Positions 49,644-62,944 are shown, numbered from the stretch's first letter. The stretch is DNA of 64,000 bases from Chiloscyllium plagiosum (GCF_004010195.1 NC_057719.1:57268246-57332245); one strand, 5' to 3'. Translations and numbers: made by a program. Notes: generated from the sequence alone by a model not told the origin.

Positions 49644-49870
49644 ATTGTCAATACTGTGAAATGATTTTGAGGGGAAAAAGCCCATCCACTTCAGATGTGA
49701 TGTCTCCTGCATTACCTAAACCACAGCAGAACAATGATGGACAACAGAGCTTTTCTACTCTCTGCCAATTCATTCCCCATGGCAACACGGATAAGAACGC
49801 TTGTCTGGAAGAGCTTCAAGCTGAGGCCTGGGATAATAAAAAATGGAATAACATCACAACAATACACTGA
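49644..49870 (+). CDS. Candidate host-gene terminal exon D ((Y)CQYCEMILRGKSP...WDNKKWNNITTIH*)
   Basis: Acceptor TTCCTTTTGTGTTAG, phase 1 matching exon C, 75 open codons in non-repetitive DNA, AT-rich 3' region with AATAAA at 50284 and 50352. Confidence 0.6.
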
Positions 49871-52800
49871 TGAGTGAGAGAGGCCACAGATGCATTCAGA
49901 CATCCACAACACTGTAGGCTTGATGCATTTAGTGTTTTGCTCAGTGTCTCTTGTATGTTGAGAGCAGGTAAATAGAGATTTTCAAGTGAAACATGTAAGA
50001 GATATAATGTAAGAGGCTGCATGCAGTCTTGGTTGGTTTGATACGTATACAAGCAATTTTCAAATATATTGTCATCTACTTCTCCTAATTTAAGGTAACC
50101 TTTGGTTTTGCACTTTATCATCATCATCTAAATGTCTGATTAGTGGTTTACCAGTGCCGATAAGAACAATATATCCAATACAATTCATCAGCCAAAATGC
50201 ACTCAGTTCCATGAAAGAGAAAAGTATTTCCTTTTTATCTTAAAGTTTGCTAGAATATTATCGTGTGGAATTTGAAATTTACAAATAAAGGTGCTATTTG
50301 AGTTGCACAATAATAATTTAAAGGTACGTATTTAATTTTTATGGCTTGATAAATAAATTATTTTACCACATTAGTCTTCTTAGCATGAGTCAAAACTAAG
50401 ATTTTGAAAAGATTGTGCATTCTCAGAACAGTCAAACCTAGTCACCTTGACTGTTCCATCATATCGTTTTTAACCATGAATATCAGTGTTAAATCGATTC
50501 ATGATCTGGACACACTTTATATTTTCTGTGACAATCTGATCTATAAACACATTTCATGTCACTTATGTCCAATCTGCCCCTATTTCTCCCTTGATGTAAT
50601 ATATATCACAGCACCTCACCATTCAGATGAGCAGACCAAAACTGTTTGCAGTAATCCAGATGCAGTCTAACTAAGGAATTTGCTGAGGATAGAGTATTCT
50701 CCTATTCGTGTAGTGAATAGTTCTAATAATGGAGTACAATACCCTGTCTCCTTGACTCTATTATGATACATTTCTCTAGTTTGCATGCAAGCAATTGGGG
50801 ATTGAAATATAACCGTCTTGGGAAATGTTCAGGACTAAGCTGAAAGATCAATTCCTATCTTAAAGGAATCGATATGCACAAATTAACTTTGTTTTAGAGC
50901 AGTGGAGGCAAAGTGAATAAGGAAAATGTTAAATAATGGAAGAGTCTGTGACCAGGTTATTTCAATTTGACAGTTTGTAAAGGATCAAGGAACACGCATT
51001 TTAAAAAAAAACCAAAAGTCAAAGTCAGAATAGTCTAGTGAGCCCCTCGTCACAATCCAGCTAGTCTGGTATTTGCAGACTCACAATATACAACAATTGC
51101 AGCATAGATGGGCGGAGATCACATCAGATAGAATGTCAATGTCTTAACAGTACATTTTTACATGCTCTCTCATATCATGCTCTAGATTCTTGGAATGAGA
51201 GACTACAACTATGAGGATAGATTCTCTGTCCGTGGAAAAAGAAGGGTATTTGAAAACAGCACAGCTTTTCACTTTAAACAACATGAAACATTACAGAACT
51301 ATGATGGAAAGTTACTTAAGTTTTTTTTAAATGTTAATGACTAAACAATAGGTAAAAAGATTTAAAGTTATGTACAAAGTTGAAAATTAGATCACTCTAC
51401 ATTGTCACAGACAAGTTTGCTTAAAGATATTTTATCTGGAGTGGTGAGTTGAAACTTGAAGTTAGATTCAGCAGCTGCGATGGCTTCTGTAATTGAATAG
51501 CCAGGTCTTCCTTTGTAGGTGCACTCTGTAGGCACAGCAGCTGCAGCAGCGAGTAAAGGTCCCTTTTCTTTCCTGTTTCTGTTGACATGACACTTGAAAA
51601 CAGCCTGAACTTCTTTTCAGCTCAACAAAGTCTTTCTGGGTACTTTTTCTATGCAACTGCTTGTGTCGGAGAGAAAACCCAACTCCCACATGCTGTTTAC
51701 AGCTAGCTCAGCCGGAGCTTGTGGTTGGAATTGTTTTCTCAAGGTCATTCTTACACAGATCTAAACTTAAAATGGCTGTCATCCCAAACTGGCAAATTAT
51801 GACTTCATATCAGTATTGGATTGTCTAGGCTTTGGGCTAGGCAGTATTCATTGTCTTTTAGTTGAGGTAATTCATTTTAAATCATTTTAGCTATTAGTTT
51901 TGGTGGCTTTCATTATCAGGTTTCTTTAATGATGGCAAGAGCTATTCACAACTCCAAGGAAGTCAATGTCAAGGAGTTTCTATTTACTTATAACTATCCA
52001 TCAGGTTTTAAAAAGGCTGTTAGACTTCTTCCTGAGGTGTATATTCTTGTCAAAATATTAGCAGAATTTCACAAGGTTAGTCATGTAACTGCTGGGAGCC
52101 AGATTGTAAGATTCTCTGTCCATTTTAAAAACCAATACATATTTTTAAACATCATGTATAGTATTATAATTATACAGCCATAGAAAAGTTTTCACAATAA
52201 CAAGTGAATTATTTGATTCAACCATATAGTTACATAGGAATCGGTCCCCTTTTGTCAGAATCAGTGTTATCTAGTATGTAATAAAATGCTCTGCTGTATT
52301 AAATAATGTTTCTAGATACTTTTTGAGGAGATTAGGAAGGATATCTCCCTTCAACAGTGATGCATATTTTACTTCAGCCTGCATAATTTATTTAAACTCA
52401 GATGTTTTGTTAAGAGAAAACAGACAAAATGTTTCATAATCGTGCAGTCTAATATAGTAGCAATATATTACAGATGCTGAAACTCTAAAACAAACACAGG
52501 AAATGCTAGAAATGAACAAGTGTAGCAGATCGACATTGGTAGAACCATGAATAATGTTAACTATTTGTTTTGAATATTTATTTACTACTTTAAGTGATAA
52601 CAGATCATTGGCTACTGACAAGACAGCAAATGAGCTAATTAATATATAATAGTAATAATATAATAGACACCGATAAAATATATCAAAAATAAAAATTTAA
52701 GATCTTTTGTCTAATGTTCAAAATTTCAACCCTACAAAAATCATTCTTAATTATGTGTTTTGTTGAGATATTTTCAAAAAAGAAAATTTCATATTTTTTG

Positions 52801-53184
52801 ATTGCCCTTGCAATGTATTAAATTTACAGAATTTTATAAAAGTTATATTGAGTGGAAGGTGAATATTATCAATGAACGCAATGTGCAGTTTTTATGGAAA
52901 AATAAGATTGAACATTGCAATATGGCTCCCAAAACAGAAAATATATTAAAATACATTGACATAATCAGTCACTATGAACTAATGACGTTAATGTTAAATG
53001 AACAGAAACGTAGGATGTGATTTTCAAACTCATGTCAAAGTCCTTAAATCTCAAAGTTAAAATTTGAATTATCCAGCTATTGTGATCCTACAATGTACTT
53101 TAGTACACTTCTTTTTGTTCAATCCTAACACGTGATCTTTCAATCATTCCTATTGCATCCACCAAATAAAAATCTGTCTGGAGC

Positions 53185-53605
53185 ACGACGCCTGGAGGAA
53201 GAGCGATTCATCTTCCGCCTCGGAACCCTCCAGCCACAGGGGATGAATTTCTCCAGCTTCCTCATTTCCCCTCCCCCCACCTTTTCTCAGTCCCAGCTCT
53301 CAGACTCAGCACCGCCTTCTTGACCTGCAATCTTCTTCCCGACCTCTCCGCCCTCACCACCCCTCTGGCCTATCACCCTCACCTTAACCTCCTTCCACCT
53401 ATCGCATTCCCAACGCCCCTCCCCCAAGTCCCTCCTCCCTACCTTTTATCTTAGCCTGCTTGGCACACCCTCCTCATTCCTGAAGAAGGGCTTATGCCCG
53501 AAAGGTCGATTCTCCTTCTCCTTTGATGCTGCCTGATCTGCTGCACTTTTTCAGCAACACATTTTTAAGCTCTGATCTCCAGCATCTGCAGTCCTCACTT
53601 TCCCC
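53185..53605 (+). mobile_element. Penelope-like element 3' end with hammerhead motif
   Basis: RRLEEERFIFRLGTLQPQG; CTGAAGAAGGGCTTATGCCCGAAAGGTC at 53480-53507. Confidence 0.9.
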
Positions 53606-54119
53606 ACACCCAGACCAGTCCAAGCATCAGGACATCATCTTCAGGAGGCCTATCATCTGCTCGACAGTGGCTGTTGATGAATGAACTGTTTTGAATCTAC
53701 ATTCATCCTCAGTCAGGGGGGGTTGCATAATGGCCTCATCAGCCATGGTTGCAGGGGTTAACCCTAGTAACCATGCTTGCTTTTCTTTGGTGATGTGGTT
53801 ATGGGAAGACAAGGTATCAGTAATTGTACAGCTTTTATAATCTCCTACTGTATTTGTGTGACATGACTTGTGCTACATTCATCAGAATAAGTTCCCTATG
53901 CCAGAGTTCCAAAAAGGGACTTCAAAGTGCTCTTTGTTGGAGTCCTCCATATCCTACTGTATGGAGGACTAGGCTAACCATCATTTGTGAGAGATGTGAA
54001 TGCCGACTGCTCACATTATTATGGACTTGTTTTGTTTCTTATCTTCCACACTCAGGTTCATTTAGAACTATGACACTCGATCCAGCTACAACTGGGATGA
54101 TCATTGTTATTACAGAGAT

Positions 54120-55570
54120 GCTATGAAAGCAGTGATAAATTGAAGAGAAAGAAGAGCTTCAACAAGCCCAAGACCAGTGTCAATCTCCAGCAATGACCAA
54201 ATAGGTATGAAGGAGTCCCTGATGGTCCCCAAAAGATGTGCAGGAGGTACAGAAGGGGCAGGGTCTCTTGTTCTCGATGCCCTTTTCTCCAGAGGTGCAT
54301 TCCTGCCATATATTGAGGTTGGCCTGGGACACTGTCACTGACTTTGCGACTGCTGGAGTAGAAATCATGACCTGGAGGGAAATGAGTGGTAATCCTATCT
54401 CAATAGCTGCCAAGATGAAAGCTGTGTTGAATTTTTATGCAACTGGCTGCATCCATGGAACCACTGGGGACTTGTGTGGGATCTCTCAACCCTCAAGCCA
54501 AAAATGCATCAAGGCTGTTATTGATGCAGTTTGTGTCCAATCAAACAGCTTCATCTCCTTTCTCCATGACAAGCTCTGTGTGGCAACCAGGGCAGTAGGT
54601 TTTGACAACATCACTGGCTTCTCCAGGTGCAGGGCACTATAGCATGTGCACAGATGGCATTGGGATTGCCATATTATAACAAGCTGACTTCATTAATAAA
54701 AGCAGATTTCATTCCATCAATGTACAAGCCACTTGGAATCATTGCTATCACATCTTAGAAATCTGTGCTAGATACCTTGGAAGTTGTCATAGTGCATATT
54801 CTCATGTTCCTGCTGCATTTCAAAGGTTGGACATTAGATTAGATTCCCTACAGTGTGGAAAAAGACAATTGGCCAAACAAGTCCACACTGATCCATTGAA
54901 GGATAACCCACCCAGGCCAATTCTTCTACATTTACTCCTGACTAATGCACCTAAACTATGTGCAATTTAGCATGACCAATTCACCTGATCTGCACATCTT
55001 TGGATTGTGGGAAGAAACCAGAGCACCTGGTGGAAACCCACACAGACATAGGGAGAATGGGCAAACTCCACACAGACAGTTGCCTGAGGGTGGAATCGAA
55101 CCCCAGGTCCCTGGCGCTGTGAGGCAGTCATGCTAACCACTAAGCCACCATGCCACACATCTTACAAGGATGGTTACGAGGAGACTAGGGCTACCTTTTG
55201 TGACCAGAGCTGATAGCTCTTTTATGCAACACCCCGACTGAGCATAGGTCCAGTGCAGTCCATTCTCCCACTTGGGCCACCATACAGCACATGACAGGTC
55301 TCCTGAAGATAAGGTTCCGATGCATCAACCAGTCTGGGGGACCTTGTAATATCCTCCAGATAAAGAGTGCAGCATAATTCTTATACATTGTGTTCTGCAA
55401 ACTGAAGCATGCAAACAGAGTTGTGATGAACATTGAAGATCTGAGAGAGTGGCGGCAGAGTTCCAAGGAGGAAATTTTGGATATTGAAGAAAAGAAAGGT
55501 CACGTTCAGTGTGATAGAGCAATGCAGCATGAGGAGCAGCAGACCAGACAGGACTTAACTAATGCCCAGT
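54120..55570 (+). pseudogene. PIF/Harbinger (HARBI1-like) DDE transposase, inactivated and split by HE1
   Basis: AVLNFYATG...GDLCGISQPS, FHSINVQ, ICARYLGSCHSAY, GWLRGD*GY, GLLKIRFRC; frameshifts and a stop. Confidence 0.88.
54834..55157 (-). mobile_element. HE1-type V-SINE
   Basis: TTAGATTAGA tail and reverse complement of the HE1 core and head. Confidence 0.9.
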
Positions 55571-56269
55571 TTGTGTGCAGTGATTATTCATTGACTGTAC
55601 AATTTTGCTCAAAATGCAAGCAGTCCCTGTCAGTCCCCAGAAGAAAATGTACCTTCTTATTGCATTTGTTTTCTCTTGGCTTTCATTGCTGTTGTTCAAT
55701 GAAAGTTAATATTGTCAACCATTTGAATGTTTTCCAACATGTGATACCCCTACATTGTAACATGGTTTGGATGGTTTGGCTAGCCTGTGTAGAGTACTCG
55801 TAGCTAGTCATAATAACAGTTGCTCAGACAGGATTGATATAAGAATCAGCCACTAAATGCTGACCCAGCCAGTGATGCACATATCCTACAAGTGTGTAAG
55901 AAAAATATATCTACTAATGTGAGTTTCAATTTACAATGAATTTCATCCATGCCATCTGTGTGGTTCAGATTCTTCTCTTTTTGTCATTTCCTGCTCACAA
56001 TGTGCGTGTAGAAGGCAGCTCCTGGCTGGTAACATTTGCCCTTGTGTGTAGCTGTGTTTTAAAAAAATAGGAGGAATCCCAGGAGGTCTTGGCAGTGACA
56101 AGTGTTTCCACCACCAGTGAGGTACATGATAGAGGGAGTGGAACACCATAGAGGCACTATATATATAATGAGGTGAGTTACAGAGAATTGTGAGATAACT
56201 CACTCAAGTTCAGAGGGAAACCATGAAAGTTTAGGAAATTGACAACTTTTGCAAGCTTTTGCTAAAATT

Positions 56270-56650
56270 CACAACTTATTGTCCATCCCTGGTTGCCCTG
56301 AGAAGATGCTTGTGAACTGGCTTCCTGAACCACTGCAGTCCATTTGACGTAGGTAGACTCACAATATCATTAGGGACAGATTTCCAGGAATTTGACGAAG
56401 CAACACTGAAAGGATAGTGATGTATTTCCAACTCGGGATGGCAAGTGGCTTGGTGGGAAACTTGAAGATGGTGGTGTTCTCATTTATCTGTTGTCATGTC
56501 TGTCTAGATGGTAGTGATTATGGGACTGGGAATTTGGGAGCCTTGTTTAATTTCTACAATGTATCCTGTGGATGGTACACACTGCTACTACTGAGTCTTG
56601 GTGATAGAGAGAGTGGGTGTTAATGGATGTAGTGTCAATCAAGTAGGCTG
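56270..56650 (-). mobile_element. 3' fragment of the second LINE family
   Basis: Similar to 38800-39170 (TTGCCCTGAGAAG...CCACTGCAGTCC). Confidence 0.75.
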
Positions 56651-56814
56651 CATGGGCTGCTATTGTAGTTGCAGATGGCAGAATATGACAAAATGACTAT
56701 TGTGGGTTTTCTTTTCAACTGATACAGACAATTGAAGTAAATTTTAACTGATGTAGCATTTCATATAGCTCAACTCATGGTCTTCACAGCCAGACAGGTC
56801 TTAGTAAGATGGAA

Positions 56815-57177
56815 CTAGAATGTAAGACACTGGTAAAGCAGCTCAAATGAAAACCATCTGATGAGATTTCTGATTTTTAGATGAAATAGATCGGGAAAGC
56901 TCGACCTACCTGAGATGAGACTTTTAAAATAATTACAATTACGTATTAGAGTAGACACATAATCGTACAAGAATAGAAGTTTAAATTTATTAGATATGGG
57001 AGAATTAAACTTCTGAAGGTAACTTAACCTTGGATGCAGAGACGAGTTTCGATAAACACCCTTGAAGAAACTTTTTTTCTCCATCAGGATGAAGACTAGA
57101 TCAACAAAAGGGTACAAACAAGATAACCCCCTAAGAGTACCAAGAGACAAATAATGTAGCAAAAGGTACAGAAACAA
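56815..57177 (-). other. Possible divergent Penelope-like RT thumb-region remnant
   Basis: YPFVDLVF..SFFKGVYRN..SYLQKFNS..LIRNC loosely matches the PLE pattern LPFLDV..SVYRK..YLHFNS..AIRIC. Confidence 0.35.
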
Positions 57178-57523
57178 TTTTGAAAGAAGGTCACAATGAC
57201 CTCAAGAGAATAAATAACTGCTGCTTCATAAGATGGATAAGATGTTCTCACATTGTTAGCTTTGCCACAAAATCATAGCATTAGGTTTAACTATGTATAA
57301 CTTTATAAGTGACTGCACATTAGCATTGATGTTATAAATATTGTAACAATTGATAGAAATGAATATCCTTTTTAATTTTCTGTACTAAGACCAGCAAGAA
57401 AGACCAAATTTGAAAAGTCATTAGTAATAAGCAAGTATACAATGCAGCTGGTAAATGTCTATGAAGGGACATAGCAATCAGTGTTGGAATATGATCAGTA
57501 ATGGCGAGAGTTCCAAGGATAAG

Positions 57524-57806
57524 GCCAACATGATGGCTTAGTGGTTAGCACTGTTGCCTCACAATGCCAGGAACTTGGGTTCAATTCTCGCTGCGGGCAA
57601 CTGTCTGTGTGGAGTTTGCACATTCTCCCTGTGTCTGTGTGGGTTTCCTCCAGGTGTTCCAGTTTCCTCCCACAATCCAAAAGCATGCAAGCCAGGTGAA
57701 TTGGCTGTGCTAAATTGTCAGAGGGAAATGGGTTCATGTGGGTTACTCTTCGAAGGGTCAGTGTGGACTTGTTGGGCCACATGGCTTGTTTCCTCACTGT
57801 AGGGAA
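57524..57806 (+). mobile_element. HE1-type V-SINE (older)
   Basis: TGGCTTAGTGGTTAGCACTG head and HE1 core. Confidence 0.9.
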
Positions 57807-58187
57807 TCAAAAAACAAAGTGATAGCGGGTCAGGCAAACATTGCAAGACGATGGGAGAACCTAAGGAAGACTGTGAAGTTGTCTATCATTGATCGTGAAT
57901 TTGCAGGATTGGATGTATAGATCAGAGGGAATGTATCAAGCAGTAATGTCAATAGTGCATGTAACCATTATAATGTGGTATGTATAAATATCCTGCACTT
58001 TATTAGGAAAGGTAGAATGTCACTGACCTCGAATCTGAGCTGTTATTAAGAGGGCAACTGGGGGCCCACATGAAAGCCAGACTTGGAGTGGTCTCTGGCC
58101 TCTCCCACACATCTGGTAAAGGAGCTCCAAATACAGATTGATTTGTGCTACTGAGCTGAAGGACTCAGACATCTATTTAAAATCCCT

Positions 58188-59332
58188 CCCTAAGGTTAGA
58201 TCGCATGGAATACGGGGACAACTAGCCATTTGGATACAGAACTGGCTCAAAGGTAGAAGACAGAGGGCGGTGGTGGAGGGTTGTTTTTCAGACTGGAGGC
58301 CTGTGACCAGTGGAGTGCCACAAGGATCGCTGGTGGGTCATCTACTTTTTGTCATTTACATAAATGATTTGGATGCGAGCATAAGAGGTACAGTGAGTAA
58401 GTTTGCAGATGACACCAAAATTGTAGGTGTAGTGGACAGCGAAGAAGGTTACCTCAGATTACAACAGGATCTGGACCAAATGGGCCAATGGGCTGAGAAG
58501 TGGCAGATGGAGTTTAATTCAGATAAATGCAAGGTGCTGCATTTTGGGAAAGCAAATCTTAGCAGGATTTATACACTTAATGGTAAGGTCCTGGGGAGTG
58601 TTGCTGAACAAAGAGACCTTGAAGTGCAGGTTCATAGCTCCTTGAAAGTGGAGTCACAGGTAGATAGGATAGTGAAGAAGGCGTTTGGTATACTTTCCTT
58701 TATTGGTCAGAGTATTGAGTACAGGAGTTGGGAGGTCACGTTGTGGCTGTACAGGACATTGGTTAGGCCACTGTTGGAATATTGTGTGCAATTCTGGTCT
58801 CCTTCCTATTGGAAAGATGTTGTGAAACTTGAAAGGGTTCAGAAAAGATTTACAAGGATGTTGCCAGGGTTGGAGGATCTGAGCTACAGGGAGCTACAGG
58901 CTACAGGATCTGAAAACAGGCTGGGGCTGTTTTCCCTGGAGTGTGGGAGGCTGAGGGGTGACCTTATAGAGGTTTACAAAATTATGATGGGCATGGATAG
59001 GATAAAGAGACAAAGTCTTTTCCCTGGGGTCAGGGAGTCCAGAACTAGAGGGCATAGGTTTAGGGTGAGAGGGGAAAGATATAAAAGAGACCGAAGAGGC
59101 AACGTTTTCACACAGAGGGCGGTATGTGTATGAAATGAGCTGCCAGAGAATGTGGTGGAGTCTGGTACAATTGCAACATTTAAGAGGTACTTGGATGGGT
59201 ATGTGAATAGGAAGGGTTTGGAGGGATATGGGCCGAGCGCTGTCAGGTGGGACTAGATTGGGTTGGGACATCTGGGTTGGACCGAAGGGTCTGTTTCCAT
59301 GCTGTACATCTCTATGACTCTATGACTCTATA
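58188..59332 (+). mobile_element. CR1 LINE 3' fragment with a long open RT frame
   Basis: ORF 58138-59133 SGVPQGS, FADDTKI, EYCVQFWSP; (TCTATGAC)n tail. Confidence 0.95.
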
Positions 59333-59334
59333 AC

Positions 59335-61410
59335 AGTTGCATTTGCCTAGATGGTATCAAGCTCTTTTTTATTAAGCATTGTGGAGCTTCACTCATCCAG
59401 TCAAGTGTGGATAATTCCATCATACTTTGGATTTGTGCCTTGTAGATGATAGACATGCTTTGTGGAATCAGGAGATGAGTTACACACTACAGCTTTCTTC
59501 GCTTCTGGCCTCCTCTTGTAGCCACTGTTCTTATCAGGCTAATCCGGTTCATTTTCTGGTCAACACTAATCACTCAGGATGTTCATAGTGGGGGATTCAG
59601 TGATGGTGTATCAAGGGTAGTGGTTAGGTAATCACATGTTGGAAATGATTATTTCCTGGCGTATGTGTGTCATGAATACCACTTGTCAGTCTAAACATGG
59701 ATATTGCTCCGGTCTTGTTGCATTTCGATATGGACTCCTTCGGTGGCTGAAGAGTTGCGAATAATGCTGAACATTGTGTAGTCAGTGAGCCAGTGGTACA
59801 GGACAATCATTGATGAAACAACTGAAGATGGTTGGATCTAGGACACTACCCTGAGGAACTCCTGCATGCATAAACATCTCCTTTCATCTCATTTCTATGC
59901 AGATTTATATTTTCCCATGGACTGATGAAACTAGACTGTCTCAATTCCTTATTTAAAAGTTAAAGCAGTATCCTGGATGATACAAATCGCCAGCATTTAC
60001 TGCCCATTACTAGTTGCCCTTGAGACGCTGGTAGTGAGCTGCCTTCTGGAACCACTGAAGTCCATGTACTTTTGGAAGACCCAAAATGCCAAAGGGAGAG
60101 AATTCCAGAATTTTGACCCATCGGCGATATATGTCCAAGTCAGGATGGTAAGTGGATTTGAGGGGAACTTGCAAATGGTGGTGTTTCCATGTATCTCCTG
60201 TCCTTGTCCTGCTCAATGGAAGGTTTAGAAAGTGCTGACTAAGGAGCTTTTGTGGATTTCTGCACAGTATTTATCGAAAATACACCCTGCTGCCACAGAG
60301 TGCCATTAGTGGAGCAACTAGACATTTGTGAATGTGGTGCCAATTAAGCAGATTGCTTTGTCCTGGATGGTGTCAAGCTTCTTGAGTGCTGTTGGAGCTG
60401 TATTCATCCAGGCAAGGGAGCAATATTCCATCACATCCCAAATTTGTGATTTGCAGATTGTGGCTTTGGGAGTCAGGAAATGGATTACTTGCCGCAGTAT
60501 TCCAAGCCTCTGACCTGCTCTTGTAGTCATTGTGTTTAGTCCAGTTCAGTTCATGATAATCCACAAGATGTTTATTGTAAGGAATATACCGATATTAATG
60601 CCTTTGAATGTCAAGAGACAGTGGTTGGATTGTCTTTTATGGAGATGATTATTGCCTGGTATTTGTGTGGCATGAATGTCACTTGTCATTTTCAGCCTGC
60701 TGTTGCATTTGAACATGGACTCCTTCAGTAACTTAGGAATCACAAATGGTGTTGGAAATCCATCAGCATCTCCATTTCTGACCTTATGAGGATGGTCATT
60801 GATGAAGCAGTTGAAGATGTTTGGACCAAAGACACTACCATGAGGAACTCCTGCAGGGATGGCTTCAGGCTAAGATTAACGACCTCCAACAACCACAATC
60901 ATCTTCCTATGTGCTAGACATGTCATCAAATCAGCAGATAGTTCTCCCCAATTCCTGTTGACTAAATTTTTTCTCAGCTCCTCGGGTATTGTTCTGGTCA
61001 CTAAATCATTGGAAAGGGATTAGTGACCAAAAGTGAGGTGGAAAATGGGGGACCAAGATCATTCTATTCACAGAAATGTAAGTTATGATGACATTTTACT
61101 GTGGTTATGTATGTTCTCTTTATGAATGAGGTATTTTTTAAAAAAGAACTAAAATTTTCAAGGTTATGATGGAAATTTGTGAAGTTGACCCAGTCAAGTT
61201 CTTTATAACAAAAATCTTTACTACGAGGAAAGAAATGCTAAAAGTTGGAAATTTAAAAGTGAAGTTTTCACCCAAAGGTAAAACTACTTTTATATCGAAA
61301 AAAACTTCAAATGAGATGTTCAGTTTGACCATTCAATGGCCACTCTCGGCTTTGATGTCAAGGGCAGTGACTCTCATCTCATCTACACCTCACTATTGCA
61401 CTTTGGAGCT
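59335..61410 (-). mobile_element. Two degraded fragments of the second LINE family (about 59335-59865 and 59975-61410)
   Basis: Minus-strand RAGQRLGILRQV...VMEYCSLAWM...KKLDTIQDKA. Confidence 0.8.
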
Positions 61411-61589
61411 CATCAACACCTACATTTTAATGCTGCTGTGAGGCTGTTTTGCCTGCAGGGATAGGGTTCGTGCAACAGAACATGGTACTTTACAGAGTTC
61501 CTAGCTTGCTGCCTTAGAACTCACACATTTTGCACTGACTTAGACTTTCACAGCATCCTCTGCCTTGCCTTGCCTTGTCTTTTAGCACT

Positions 61590-61760
61590 GAAAAAGCTTC
61601 TTGTGGCATTGCTGCATAAATCTCAACACTGTACCTACCCAAATGACAACTTCAAACCTGGGTGGCTGGCAGCATCTGATGCCATGGTCTCCTCTGGTAG
61701 TCTTTGGGAAAGACAACAACTCTCCTCTCCACCACCCTAATCAATTGGACCACCAGGTTC
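61590..61760 (-). pseudogene. Myb/SANT-like domain remnant (Harbinger accessory gene type)
   Basis: Reverse complement reads VVERRVVVFPKDYQRRPWHQMLPA...QQCHKKL. Confidence 0.5.
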
Positions 61761-62944
61761 CATCTACAAAGTGACTGGTAGACATGCTTCTCTCAGCCAT
61801 GTCATTTGGAATTGCACAGTAATGCATTAAGAGCAATGCATTGCTTGTGAAATGCAGCTGATGTATGAATACAGGTATTTATTCCACAGTGTGAACCCAG
61901 TAAGGTCTCAGCACCAGCAAGCAGTAATATGGCCTGCTCAAACAACAGAATATGTGTTCCTTTGCTAATAGATTAAAAAAAGCCCGACCTGGACCTTGTT
62001 AGAAAACTCTTGAATCCTATCTCTCATTGCTCCTATCGCTGGCCCAACCACATGAAAATAAATGTGTGATCAAACAAAGGAGAAAAGACACCATTCCACA
62101 AATAGGAAAGACCAAAAATAAAATATAAGACACCACAATCGCCTACTTTAAACCTCAAACACTATGTGAATGATTGAGAATGTAACAAACTTAATTTAAC
62201 GATATAACTTTAATACAAAAAGCAGAGAGCAGTGGAGCTTTCGCTTCTATTCTGAAAATCAACCAGACTGGCATGTTGCAGACCAACATATTACAAAGTT
62301 TAGTAATTCTTGTATATTGAAATGATCTTAATTGCAATTCATTTATGATGGGTGTTTTTACTGAGATATCTGACAGTCACTATTTTTGCTGTCCCGCATC
62401 CAGTTGTACAAATGCCTGGAACTACAAACCTGGTTCCCAATTCTGAAGAGAAGAAGGGCAGCTCTGAAGCATGAAAATAATGAGAGATGTATCATAAAGT
62501 AGGTTACGTTTGTCTGAGGAATTTGTTTCCCTGAGTCCCAAAGGAGCTGAGAATAAACAGGATTTCACTTAGTATGTGTAGTAAGTACTATTCTGGTCAC
62601 CAAGTCCTTGGAAAGGAATTATTCACCAAGAGTGAGATGGAAAAATTAGGAACCAAGGTGATTCTATTCACAGAAATGTAAGTTACGATGATATTTTACT
62701 GTAGTTATTTATGTTCTCTTTGTGAAAGAGGTAACTTTGAAAAAATATAACTAAAACCTTTAATGTTATGATGAAAATTTGCGAAGTTGATCCAGGCAAG
62801 TTCTTTTCAACAAAAGTCTTTACTACTGGGAAAGAAATGTTAAAATTTGGAAAACTAAAAGTGAGAAGTTTTCGACCAAAGGTTATCTTCACATGACAAA
62901 AAACATTTCAAATGAGATGTCCAGTTTGTCCATCAAATGGCTTT

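Noticed and set aside
54238..54642. HARBI1 host gene
   Set aside because: Frameshifts, a stop, lost catalytic residues and a SINE insertion indicate a dead transposon copy.
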